From an uncultured Candidatus Binatia bacterium (GTDB lineage: Bacteria; Desulfobacterota; Binatia; Bin18): DNA of 64,000 nucleotides. A model generated the notes under the pieces. The model had not been told where the DNA came from and did no database searches. It saw only the letters and a program-made list of their open reading frames with translations. The first letter of the stretch is position 1. Every line of letters begins with the position of its first letter. The position numbers and the translations under genes are program-made. Shown piece after piece: positions 40,897 through 49,860 of this stretch. Location: contig OZ243979.1 of NCBI GenBank assembly GCA_965214755.1, positions 344,350-408,349 on the forward strand, given 5' to 3'.

Positions 40897-42846
40897 CTAG
40901 CGTCCAATCGTGTCTGACAGCTTCATCTTTTTCTGAACAGCAGTGAGATAGCCACCGCCGTCCAGCGGTGTGGGAACCTCAAGCTGTTGGACGATCTTTG
41001 CCTGAGCCGTGTTGATGACCGAGATCAGGCCATCTCCGCCATGTGTGACAAACCCCCACTGTCCGTCTGGAGTCAGTGCCAGGAGTCGTAAATGCTGCCC
41101 CTCCGCCAGTGGCGGCAGGTCTGGATCAAGTGGCTCCTGTAAGGCAGGAAGCGCAATCGTGGTCATGATCTGCGTGAATGTCGGAGACTGAGGGTCGGCA
41201 TCAAGCAGGAATGCGAGATCGCTCTGCGGGCCTTGTAAAATGTAGAGCGCCACGGTTTTGGAGAGAGCAAAGCGGTGCAGCAACCCCGGACCGAGGGCGA
41301 CCCGGGTGACTGCCCCAGTTTCGATGTTGCCGATATACGCGTCGTTTGACCATTTGGTCCAATCGGTCGGATCTGCAGAATCATCCCGAATAAAAGAAAA
41401 AATCGTCCGTTGGTCATCGGCAAGGCGCACATACAACGCACGCCCCCCACTGCGCTCAGCAGTGTCATAGGGCAGGGTAACACCAGGCGTCAGATCACCG
41501 CCATCGATATCTGAACACTCAATGCCCATGTCAGTCGCTGAGCAATATACCTTCAGCTTATGGCTGATCACATCACCCTGAGGCCGGGAGCCTAATTCAA
41601 CATCGCTGAGGAATGCCTCTTCGTTTCTGATGAGGCGACTGAGACGAAAGGCTTCATGAATGCCTTCTTCATGATGTTCGTGCTCTTCCTCACCCTCGTG
41701 CTCGTGCTCTTCCTCACCCTCGTGCTCTTCCTCACCCTCGTGCTCTTCCTCGCCTTCGTGCTCTTCCTCGCCTTCGTGCTCGTGCTCTTCCTCACCCTCG
41801 TGCTCTTCCTCGCCTTCGTGCTCTTCCTCACCCTCGTGCTCTTCCTCGCCTTCGTGCTCTTCCTCACCCTCGTGCTCTTCCTCGCCTTCGTGCTCTTCCT
41901 CACCCTCGTGCTCGTGCTCTTCCTCGCCTTCGTGCTCTTCCTCACCCTCGTGCTCGTGCTCATGAGCCTGAGCGCTATACGCAAAAGGCAGCTCGCTTCC
42001 GAGGCGCTGTAAAAGCATGTCGGGGCTTCTGGCGATTGCTATGCCAGGCACTTCACTCTCAATAGGGTTGGTCACAATGGTGCTGTAGGACGAAGAGGTC
42101 CACCAGCGTAAGTCGACCACGGAGACAGCCCCTTCTTGAGCGCTCTCCTCGTCGTGGTCGCCATGCTCCCCTTCGTCATGGTCCTCATGGTCACCGTGCT
42201 CATCGTGGTCACCGTGCTCATCGTGGTCACCGTGGTCGCCATGCTCATCCTCGTCATGGCCACCGTCCTCTCCCTCGTTGTGATCATCCTCATGTCCATG
42301 CTCATCCTCGTCATGGTCGTCATGCTCACCCTCGTCATGGTCACCGTGACCCTCATGGTCTCCGTCCTCAGTGTGTACTGTGCCCGAAGCAACCGCAGCA
42401 AATTCCATTTTTGGATGCACAGCTATTTGGCCGGCCCCGCCTGTCCAGTTCACGACTGCGCGGCCAATGATGGCTGGTTCCCCTCTGAGATTCATCTTGA
42501 GTATGATCATTTCGCCGCTCGTACTGGCTTCGCTGTGGGTGTCAGCGTGGCCGGCTTCATCCTGGTGGTCGTGCTCGTCATGTGGGGCGGCTTCTTCATT
42601 GATAAAGATGAGCCGTTCTCCTTTGAGGGGAAGAAAGCCCGCCTGTGGAGCCATACGTATGTTATCGAACTCCGCTTGCAGGGTGAGTGCCGGGAGTTCA
42701 TACACGTAGAGCTTCTCTGCCGTAGGGTCGGCGACGATAAGCTGTCCATCGTTTCGGGCAAGAGCCGGTAGTGCCCAGATGAACAGCAAGAGGAAAGAGA
42801 CACTCCAGATGGTGAACCCTCGTAGGGATATACTCTTGTAGCGCAT
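40897..42846 (-). CDS. secreted His/Glu/Asp-rich putative beta-propeller metal-binding protein (AztD-like)
   Basis: Signal peptide (ALA), propeller-like blades (LTPDGQWGFVTHGGDGLISVIN), three His-rich inserts. Confidence 0.75.
   Translation of the reverse strand: MRYKSISLRGFTIWSVSFLLLFIWALPALARNDGQLIVADPTAEKLYVYELPALTLQAEFDNIRMAPQAGFLPLKGERLIFINEEAAPHDEHDHQDEAGHADTHSEASTSGEMIILKMNLRGEPAIIGRAVVNWTGGAGQIAVHPKMEFAAVASGTVHTEDGDHEGHGDHDEGEHDDHDEDEHGHEDDHNEGEDGGHDEDEHGDHGDHDEHGDHDEHGDHEDHDEGEHGDHDEESAQEGAVSVVDLRWWTSSSYSTIVTNPIESEVPGIAIARSPDMLLQRLGSELPFAYSAQAHEHEHEGEEEHEGEEEHEHEGEEEHEGEEEHEGEEEHEGEEEHEGEEEHEGEEEHEGEEEHEHEGEEEHEGEEEHEGEEEHEGEEEHEHEGEEEHEHHEEGIHEAFRLSRLIRNEEAFLSDVELGSRPQGDVISHKLKVYCSATDMGIECSDIDGGDLTPGVTLPYDTAERSGGRALYVRLADDQRTIFSFIRDDSADPTDWTKWSNDAYIGNIETGAVTRVALGPGLLHRFALSKTVALYILQGPQSDLAFLLDADPQSPTFTQIMTTIALPALQEPLDPDLPPLAEGQHLRLLALTPDGQWGFVTHGGDGLISVINTAQAKIVQQLEVPTPLDGGGYLTAVQKKMKLSDTIGR
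41678..41962 (-). repeat. in-frame 18-bp tandem repeat (HEGEEE about 14 times, with interspersed HE units)
   Basis: Plus-strand units tcgtgctcttcctc(accc/gcct). Confidence 0.97.
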
Positions 42847-42899
42847 GATTTTGATGTCCTTTTCTCACAAGGGAGTTTTTCTCCGCCCTTATAGATGGG

Positions 42900-42941
42900 C
42901 TCCAATATCAAGTATTCAATGTATTTGCAACTAGATTGTAA
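42900..42941. promoter_or_regulatory. 42-bp promoter/operator block with putative Fur/Zur box, copy 3
   Basis: ctccaatatcaagtattcaatgtatTTGCAACTAGATTGTAA upstream of the His-rich gene. Confidence 0.7.
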
Positions 42942-43058
42942 GAGTATTGCTGCATACCGGACCGGATAGGCGAGGAGCCAGAATTGAGAGATGGCTCAAG
43001 CTGGCGTGTGTAGGACTGTCCGGCGTTCTTCCGGGCGGAGCTGACCGGTAATAATGAC

Positions 43059-44642
43059 CTATAAGCCATGCCGGTCGCGAAGAAGGGTCGCGGCCTGGTT
43101 GATGGCTGCCAGTTTTTGTTCGGCAAGCGTGGCTGAGGCGATGGGGTTATCCGCAAACGTGGCAAAGCCGCAGTCGGGTGTCAGCAAGAGCCGCTCGGCC
43201 CCAAAAAGACGAATGGCTCTCTCCGCCTTTGCGACAATCTTGTCTACTGTCTCAAGGCTTTGCGTCTTCTGATTCACAACCCCGATACCGATGCGCCGGT
43301 CGTCCGGCAGACCGCGCAGCACGGCCTCATCTCCAGCCCGAGGCGTGCAGAACTCAAGCAAGAGCGAACCAACCTTGACGTTTTTCAAAAGAGGCAGGAG
43401 GGGCTCATAGTCGCCGGCCAGGGCCACGCTTTCATCTGGCGTCCAGTTGCCGCGACAGATATGCAGCGCCAGGCGTTCTTGGGGCAGGTCGGCGACCGTC
43501 CGGTTAATGAGCGATTCGGCAAAGGCCAATTCCTCAGCAGCCTCACGCTTCTCTCCCAGCGCACCGCACATAAACGTGCGATTGTTTGAGGTGCCGCTGA
43601 AGACGACCTCGGTCAAGACCGGTTCGTCCAGTTGAACCAGCGAGGCGCCGGCGGCGAGCAAAGAGTGGAGTTCCTCGCGCAAGACCCGAACGACATCTAT
43701 GGCGAGTTCCTCCCGCGTGTCGTAGGCCCGGTCGGAGATGCACTCCATCCACATTGTGCGGGTCAGCAGATAGGGGCCGGGCAGGGCGACCTTGAGCGGA
43801 CGGTCGGTCAGGCTGGCAAGAAAAGTTGCCTCGTGAACGGTCAGCGAGCGGCTTCGGCCCAGCGGCCCAAAAACGGCCGGATGGCGCACCTTGCCGGCCG
43901 GGACGTCCAAAGCACGCAACTCACGCTCGAACTCTTCGGGATCATCGACATACGGCAGCAGGTCGGTAATAGGAATCAACTGACAGTTGTCGAGCAGCCC
44001 ACCGACGAAGCTGGCGTAGTTATCCCGGCGCTGCTCGCCGTCGGTGAGCACATCGACGCCGGCCCGTTGCTGAGCGGCCACCGCCAGTCGCACGGCATCA
44101 TCCGCGGTCTGGTCAAACTCTTCAGCCGACATGCGGCCTTCGAGATGATCGTTGAGGGCGCGCAACAGCCAGGGCGGTCGCGGCCAACTGCCGACGCCCA
44201 TGACGGACAGAGGAGCAATGCTCGGAGCCGGAGCAGGCTGTGGAAGGTGGTCGGGAATCCCGACCTCGGCGATGGGCTGGGTAATCGGTGCGTATTCCTT
44301 TTCGCGCGCTGAACGATGTTTCGTCGTTTTTTTCTTTTTTAAGGGGGTCGCTGCCTTGGGTTCCGTGGGGCGGAGGTCTGGAGCCGAACCCTTTGAGACC
44401 AGAAAGCTGTTCTGCTTGCCCCGGCTGATATGGGAGACCAGATCGTTTCCGGTCAGACGGCACCAGGCCGGCAGGTCTTCAACGACCGAGGTTTCAGTGG
44501 ACAGGATTTCGAGCAGTTGGCCTGGGGCAAGGGGATCAATATGCTTGCGGATCAGCAGCAACAGGCCATTGCCACAGTCGAGGTCTCCACCGTCAAAACT
44601 ATCTGCCGGCTTATACGGGTGTGTCTGCGTATCGGAATCCAT
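43059..44642 (-). CDS. TusA/SirA-like domain fused to a core (single-barrel) cobalamin-independent methionine synthase-like domain
   Basis: N-terminal DGGDLDCG...GQLLEI...DLPAWCRLTGN. Then GSWPRP, TDGEQRR, PGP, QLDEP, HICRGN, PDCGF. Confidence 0.88.
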   Translation of the reverse strand: MDSDTQTHPYKPADSFDGGDLDCGNGLLLLIRKHIDPLAPGQLLEILSTETSVVEDLPAWCRLTGNDLVSHISRGKQNSFLVSKGSAPDLRPTEPKAATPLKKKKTTKHRSAREKEYAPITQPIAEVGIPDHLPQPAPAPSIAPLSVMGVGSWPRPPWLLRALNDHLEGRMSAEEFDQTADDAVRLAVAAQQRAGVDVLTDGEQRRDNYASFVGGLLDNCQLIPITDLLPYVDDPEEFERELRALDVPAGKVRHPAVFGPLGRSRSLTVHEATFLASLTDRPLKVALPGPYLLTRTMWMECISDRAYDTREELAIDVVRVLREELHSLLAAGASLVQLDEPVLTEVVFSGTSNNRTFMCGALGEKREAAEELAFAESLINRTVADLPQERLALHICRGNWTPDESVALAGDYEPLLPLLKNVKVGSLLLEFCTPRAGDEAVLRGLPDDRRIGIGVVNQKTQSLETVDKIVAKAERAIRLFGAERLLLTPDCGFATFADNPIASATLAEQKLAAINQAATLLRDRHGL

Positions 44643-44694
44643 GCCTGCCTATTCCCGTGCTCCGCTTCCCTCTCCCTCTGGGAGAGGGCCTTTC

Positions 44695-45057
44695 CTAATA
44701 CGACACGCTCGGTGTCCCACCGGCCAGGAACTCGACCAGCTTGGCCCCACCAACAATCTTGGCCCCCGGTACAAGATTGTTCTCGTCCAGGCCGCGTTTC
44801 TTAAAGCAGGGCGAACACACATACATCGTGCCGCCGGCTTCGGCAAAATTGGTCATCAGTTCCTTGAGCGGAGCAAAGCCGTCCTCATGAATATCGTCGG
44901 CATAGCCGTTGACGGCCAGCCGCACGCCCTCGGTGCTCAAGAAGACCAGGGTGTCCTGGTCCGAGCCGACCGCGGCGTTGGCAATCACAAAAGCGACGGT
45001 TGCCTTGTCGGTATTATCCTTTGAGTGGGTCAGCGAGACACAGAATTGTCCTGCCAT
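44695..45057 (-). CDS. DsrE-family protein
   Basis: VFLSTEGV, GGTMYVCSPCFKKRGL, 120 aa. AAGGAG RBS. Confidence 0.88.
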   Translation of the reverse strand: MAGQFCVSLTHSKDNTDKATVAFVIANAAVGSDQDTLVFLSTEGVRLAVNGYADDIHEDGFAPLKELMTNFAEAGGTMYVCSPCFKKRGLDENNLVPGAKIVGGAKLVEFLAGGTPSVSY

Positions 45058-45253
45058 AATATGTACTCCTTTGACGGATGTCGTTGGCGCAACGGCATCA
45101 TAGCCAGCCAGACTGGTGCAGACAATAAGGCCCGACCGAGCCGCGCATCATCCTCTCCCAAGAGGGGACAGGGAGAAGAGGAAGCCGTGTTATAGCCCTA
45201 TGCGCCGGAATCGGCTAAGACTGTGGGAGCCACGAAAGGAAGAGGAGAATCGC

Positions 45254-46552
45254 ATGGGCGTAGACGATACCAACGAACGCAAATACGGCTTTAATACGCG
45301 TCAGTTGCACGCAGGACAAAGCCCCGACCCAACCACGGGCAGCCGAGCCGTTCCGATTTACCACACCACGAGTTATCAGTTTAAGAACACCGAGCACGCG
45401 GCTAATCTGTTCGCGCTGAGCGAACCCGGCAATATCTACACGCGTATCATGAACCCGACCAATGATGTGCTGGAGCAGCGGGTCGCCGCGCTTGAGGGCG
45501 GGGTGGGGGCGCTGGCGGCCAGCAGCGGGCACGCCGCGCAGATGATGGCCATCATGGCGCTGTGTGGCCAGGGCGACCATATTGTGACCAGCAGTCGGCT
45601 GTACGGCGGCACGTTTAATCAGTTCGCGCATACCTTCCCGCGCATGGGCATTACCTCGACCTTTGTGGACCCGACCAAGCCGGAAGAATTTGAAAAAGCC
45701 ATCCAGCCGAACACCAAAATTATCTATGGCGAAACCTTGGGCAACCCGGATATTACCGTCTTTCCTTTTGATGAAGTATTGGCCATTTCCCAGGAGTATA
45801 ATATCCCAGTGATGATCGACAATACGTTTGCCACGCCCTATCTGTGTCGGCCGTTTGAGTGGGGCGCGCATATTGTCACCCACAGCACGACCAAGTTTCT
45901 GAGCGGTCACGGCACCGCCATCGGCGGCATGATTGTGGATGGCGGCAATTTCGATTGGACTAGCGGACGCTTTCCGAATTTTACCGAACCGGACCCGTCG
46001 TATCACGGCCTGGTATACGCCGACCTCGGAGCACCGGCCATGATACTCAAATCGCGCGTGCAAATCCTGCGCGACGTGGGCGGCTGCCAGGCGCCGTTTG
46101 ACAGCTTTACGACCCTGCTCGGGATCGAGACGCTGAGCCTGCGTATGGAACGCCACGTCGCAAACGCCCAGCAGGTCGCCGAGTTTCTGGAAGGGCATGC
46201 CGGCGTGAGCGCCGTCGCTTTTCCCGGACTGGCCAACAGCCCGGACCATGAAAAGGCCAAGAAGTATTTGCCGCTCGGATCCGGCTCGATCATGGGCTTT
46301 CAGATCAAGGGTGGCCGAGCCGCGGGTGAAAAGTTCATCAATAGCCTCAAGCTGCACAGCCACGTGGCCAATGTCGGTGATGCCAAGAGTCTGGCGATTC
46401 ACCCGGCCAGTACGACCCACAGTCAGCTCAACGAAGATGAGTTGATCAGTGCTGGTGCAACAGTGGATTTTGTCCGGCTGAGTGTTGGCCTGGAAGATAT
46501 TGACGACATTATCTGGGACCTGGAACAAGCCCTGCATGCTGCCACTAGGTAG
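45254..46552 (+). CDS. metY: O-acetylhomoserine sulfhydrylase (aminocarboxypropyltransferase)
   Basis: LHAGQ, GNIYTRIMNPT, IDNTFATP, HSTTKF, ANVGDAKSL, HPASTTH. Confidence 0.95.
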   Translation: MGVDDTNERKYGFNTRQLHAGQSPDPTTGSRAVPIYHTTSYQFKNTEHAANLFALSEPGNIYTRIMNPTNDVLEQRVAALEGGVGALAASSGHAAQMMAIMALCGQGDHIVTSSRLYGGTFNQFAHTFPRMGITSTFVDPTKPEEFEKAIQPNTKIIYGETLGNPDITVFPFDEVLAISQEYNIPVMIDNTFATPYLCRPFEWGAHIVTHSTTKFLSGHGTAIGGMIVDGGNFDWTSGRFPNFTEPDPSYHGLVYADLGAPAMILKSRVQILRDVGGCQAPFDSFTTLLGIETLSLRMERHVANAQQVAEFLEGHAGVSAVAFPGLANSPDHEKAKKYLPLGSGSIMGFQIKGGRAAGEKFINSLKLHSHVANVGDAKSLAIHPASTTHSQLNEDELISAGATVDFVRLSVGLEDIDDIIWDLEQALHAATR

Positions 46553-46589
46553 GCCGGGGTCGGTTCTGAGGAGCGTCACAGGATAGACC

Positions 46590-47798
46590 ATGAGCACGAA
46601 TGGCTCAGTCGGGCTCGTTCAGCCCCAGCGGTTGACCTTTGCTGAGGACGAGCCCCTTCAGTTGGACAGTGGGGCCACCCTGGGGCCGGTGATCGTGGCG
46701 TATGAAACCTACGGTCAACTCAACGCCGATCGGACCAATGCGATTCTTATTACGCATGCCCTGAGCGGCAGTGCGCATGCGGCCGGCTACCACCAGCCGG
46801 ACGAGGCGAAAACCGGCTGGTGGGATGACTGTATTGGGCCGGGCAAAGCCTTTGATACCAATAAATTCTTTATCATTTGCAGCAATGTCCTGGGCGGCTG
46901 CTACGGCTCGACCGGACCGTCAGCCCCTGACCCGGCGACCGGCAAACCGTACGGCATGCGTTTTCCGGTCGTGACCATCGGGGACATGGTGCGCGCTCAG
47001 GTCCGGCTGATCGATCATCTGGGCATAGACAGCCTGCTGTGCGTGGCTGGCGGCTCCATGGGCGGGATGCAGGCACTTGAGTGGGCAGCGCATTATCCGC
47101 AGCGGCTGAAAGCCGCCATTCCCATTGCGACCACCGCCCATCACAGCCCCATGCTGATTGCCCTGAGCGAGGTGGGACGGCAGGCGATTTATGCCGATCC
47201 GGCCTGGAATAATGGGGACTATTACGACGCTGGCCTCAAGCCTGACGCCGGTCTGGCGGTCGCCCGCATGGTTGGCCATATCACCTATCTGAGCGAAGAG
47301 TCCATGCAGCAGAAGTTCGGGCGTCGGCTCCAGGACCAGGTGCGGTACGGCTATGAGTTTCGTTCCGAGTTCCAGGTCGAGAGCTACCTCAAATACAAAG
47401 GCCATAATTTTACGCGTCGGTTTGACGCCAACAGCTATCTGTATGTGACCAAGGCGATGGACTATTTCGATCTGAGCGCCGCGACCGGCTCGGTGGCAGC
47501 CGCCTTTGCCAACTCGGCCGACCTGCGTTACCTGGTGCTGAGCTTTACCAGCGATTGGCTCTACCCGAGCTATCACAGTAAGGAGTTGGTCAGCGCGCTC
47601 ACCGCGGCCGGGGCGGACGTGACCTATTTGGATGTCCAGAGCTCATGGGGACATGATGCGTTTCTGCTTGAGGTCGAAACCATGACCAAGCTGCTCAGCG
47701 GCTTTCTGGAGCGTTTGGTCCAATCGGAGCGGGTGGCCCTCCCATTTCCGCCAGCCGCCTCACCAAAGGAGCAGTCAAAGACCGAGGCCGCGGCATGA
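46590..47798 (+). CDS. metX: homoserine O-acetyltransferase
   Basis: HALSG, NVLGGCYGSTGP, GGSMGG, RFDANSY, GHDAFL. Confidence 0.95.
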   Translation: MSTNGSVGLVQPQRLTFAEDEPLQLDSGATLGPVIVAYETYGQLNADRTNAILITHALSGSAHAAGYHQPDEAKTGWWDDCIGPGKAFDTNKFFIICSNVLGGCYGSTGPSAPDPATGKPYGMRFPVVTIGDMVRAQVRLIDHLGIDSLLCVAGGSMGGMQALEWAAHYPQRLKAAIPIATTAHHSPMLIALSEVGRQAIYADPAWNNGDYYDAGLKPDAGLAVARMVGHITYLSEESMQQKFGRRLQDQVRYGYEFRSEFQVESYLKYKGHNFTRRFDANSYLYVTKAMDYFDLSAATGSVAAAFANSADLRYLVLSFTSDWLYPSYHSKELVSALTAAGADVTYLDVQSSWGHDAFLLEVETMTKLLSGFLERLVQSERVALPFPPAASPKEQSKTEAAA

Positions 47799-48448
47799 GT
47801 GGTGAGACTGAACCGTCTGCGCCTCCGCGACCGACCCTGTCGAGCGGGAGTCCGGTCCTGTTGCGGTCAGACCTGCTCGCCATTGCCGACATGGTCCCGG
47901 CCGGGTCGCGGGTGTTGGACCTGGGTTGTGGGGACGGGGCCCTGCTCGAATATCTGGTGCGCAGCAAGCAGGTGACGGGGCGCGGTGTGGAACGCAGCGA
48001 AGAGGGCATGCTGGCCTGTGTCCGGCGCGGGCTGAGCGTACGCCAGGGAAACCTGGAAGAGGGCTTGGCCGATTACCCGGATGCGAGTTTTGACTCGGTG
48101 ATTTTGAGTCAGACGTTGCCCTTTCTGAACGATCCGGCCATGATCCTGAGTGAGATGCTCCGGGTTGGCAGCCGCGCGATTGTCAGCTTTCCGAACTGGG
48201 GCTTTTGGCGCTGTCGGATCGAAATGCTCGTTGCCGGCCGTATTCCGCAGGTTTTTGACCTAGCCGAACGCTGGTACGAAGCGCCGCGCTGGCAGGCGTT
48301 TACCGTGGCTGACTTTTGCGACTTTTGTCACCATCTGGGCTTCGGCATCCTGGAAGAGATCTATTTATCCCGAAGCCGGCGTTTGAAGAGCCTGCGCTAC
48401 AAAAACTTACGCGCCACCACCGCCGTCTTCGCGTTGCAGCGCTTTTAG
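47795..48448 (+). CDS. metW: methionine biosynthesis protein MetW
   Basis: SRVLDLGCGDG, VILSQTL, AIVSFPN. ATGA-coupled to metX. Confidence 0.93.
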   Translation: MSGETEPSAPPRPTLSSGSPVLLRSDLLAIADMVPAGSRVLDLGCGDGALLEYLVRSKQVTGRGVERSEEGMLACVRRGLSVRQGNLEEGLADYPDASFDSVILSQTLPFLNDPAMILSEMLRVGSRAIVSFPNWGFWRCRIEMLVAGRIPQVFDLAERWYEAPRWQAFTVADFCDFCHHLGFGILEEIYLSRSRRLKSLRYKNLRATTAVFALQRF

Positions 48449-48475
48449 GACGCCGGGTGACGTCCTCCAGCGAAC

Positions 48476-49285
48476 ATGGCCAACACCCGCCCATACCTCC
48501 CTGTGCTCCAACACAAAGCCTACGGCCGGCCATCGCAATTTGTCCCGGAAAATCTGCTGCGCGAAGCACGGCGTCAAATGGGCCTGCCGGAAGGCCAAGT
48601 ACCCGGTATCTGCGTGCTTGACCCGGACGGGGATATTGTCGCCAGCCTGCTGGACCAGGGCGAAGCCCAAGAACACGACACTTGGGCCTGTTACCACACG
48701 ACCTTACATCGGTTTACGCTCAACGGGCTTGAGATCGGCATTATCCGCCATGTGGTGGGCGCACCGTTTGCCGTGCTGGTAGCGGAAGAATTATTTGCCT
48801 CCGGCTGTCAGTTGCTCATTCATGTCACGTCCTCCGGGCAGATTGTCCAAAAAGAAGAGCCGCCGTTTTTCGTTCTGGTCGAAAAGGCTCTGCGCGACGA
48901 AGGCACGAGCTATCACTACCTGCCGCCGTCTGATTTCTCATTCTTGAAGCCGGACCTGTTGGACCTGTTTACCCGTGCCCTCTCAGGCGCAGACCCACCA
49001 GTCTATCGTGGAGCAACTTGGACAACCGACGCTCCGTTTCGAGAAACACAAGAAGCGATTCGGCAGGCGGAACAGCGCGGGATTCTTGCTGTTGAAATGG
49101 AAGCTGCCGCCCTGTACGCCTTCGCCCAGGCACGAGACAAGGCGGTCGTATGCTTTGCCCACGTCACCAATCAGATGGGCCAGGTCGAAGGCGATTTTGA
49201 AAAAGGCGAAGGGGCAGGTAGCCGTGACGCCCTGCGGCTGATTGCGGCGGTAGCTCGGGCGTGGATAGCTGCTCAGAAGGCGTGA
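48476..49285 (+). CDS. nucleoside phosphorylase family protein
   Basis: VGAP...EEL, ALRDEGTSYHY, WTTDAPFRET, VEMEAAA. Confidence 0.9.
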   Translation: MANTRPYLPVLQHKAYGRPSQFVPENLLREARRQMGLPEGQVPGICVLDPDGDIVASLLDQGEAQEHDTWACYHTTLHRFTLNGLEIGIIRHVVGAPFAVLVAEELFASGCQLLIHVTSSGQIVQKEEPPFFVLVEKALRDEGTSYHYLPPSDFSFLKPDLLDLFTRALSGADPPVYRGATWTTDAPFRETQEAIRQAEQRGILAVEMEAAALYAFAQARDKAVVCFAHVTNQMGQVEGDFEKGEGAGSRDALRLIAAVARAWIAAQKA

Positions 49286-49356
49286 TGGATCGCAGTACTC
49301 ATAAACGTTTTCAGGTGCGCAGCCCGTTCTGTCTTGATTGCGAGTCCTACGGACCT

Positions 49357-49392
49357 GACCTCCAGGAGTCTGAATTCAGACTCCTGGAGGTC
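49357..49392. promoter_or_regulatory. perfect 36-bp palindrome covering the RBS of the next ORF
   Basis: gacctccaggagtctgaattcagactcctggaggtc equals its own reverse complement. GGAGG at 49386-49390. Confidence 0.85.
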
Positions 49393-49395
49393 TGT

Positions 49396-49659
49396 ATGCG
49401 TATCCTGCCGCCGTTAGCTGAAGTAAAGGCAAAGCTGAGTCAATTAGTGGCTGACGTTGCGGCGACTGACGAAGAGGTCACGATCACCAAAAATGGCCAT
49501 GCCGCTGCCGTCCTTGTGAGCTATGGAGAGTTTGAGAGCTGGCAGGAGACCCTTGCGGCGGACTTGTTAGGGCAAAACGGATTCTCTTCTCTCCTGGTTC
49601 TGTCCGGCGGTATGCTCGGATGGACAGGAGCAGGGCTGCCCGTATCGCATAAAGCTTAG
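49396..49659 (+). CDS. chimeric ORF: Phd/YefM antitoxin N-terminus plus rhodanese C-terminal fragment
   Basis: PLAEVKAKLSQLV...VTITKNGHAAAVLVS..EFESWQETL joined to AADLL...GF...LSGGMLGWTGAGLPV. Confidence 0.7.
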   Translation: MRILPPLAEVKAKLSQLVADVAATDEEVTITKNGHAAAVLVSYGEFESWQETLAADLLGQNGFSSLLVLSGGMLGWTGAGLPVSHKA

Positions 49660-49860
49660 GCTCCTCCCCTTTTTTCTCAACGGGTAGCGGCGCAGGCCCC
49701 CTCGCCCACATCTGCTGGAGACACGCGCTGCAAAACTTGGGCCACGCGGACCGCGCAAGAAAAACTTCCAACCCACCAATGCCCCGGGGCGACACCACCT
49801 GACACTCCCTGCCGGAGCATGCTACATACAGCCGGAGGAAAAAATGAAAGGAGAGAAGAT

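Noticed and set aside
41678-41962. Tandem repeat as a CRISPR array
   Set aside because: The units are contiguous 18-mers with no unique spacers, lie in frame in a CDS, and have no cas genes nearby.
41592-42771. Repetitive alternative-frame ORFs (STKARK/STRVRK; VLFLTL; MVTV)
   Set aside because: They are shadows of the His/Glu-rich gene in other frames.
45058-45253. SAM riboswitch between dsrE and metY
   Set aside because: I could not find SAM-I or SAM-II core sequences by eye; an Rfam scan would be needed to exclude one fully.
45215-46597. 460-aa antisense ORF opposite metY (similarly 54408-56144, 35641-36690, 21707-22780)
   Set aside because: Stop-poor antisense frames typical of GC-rich coding DNA, with no recognisable motifs.
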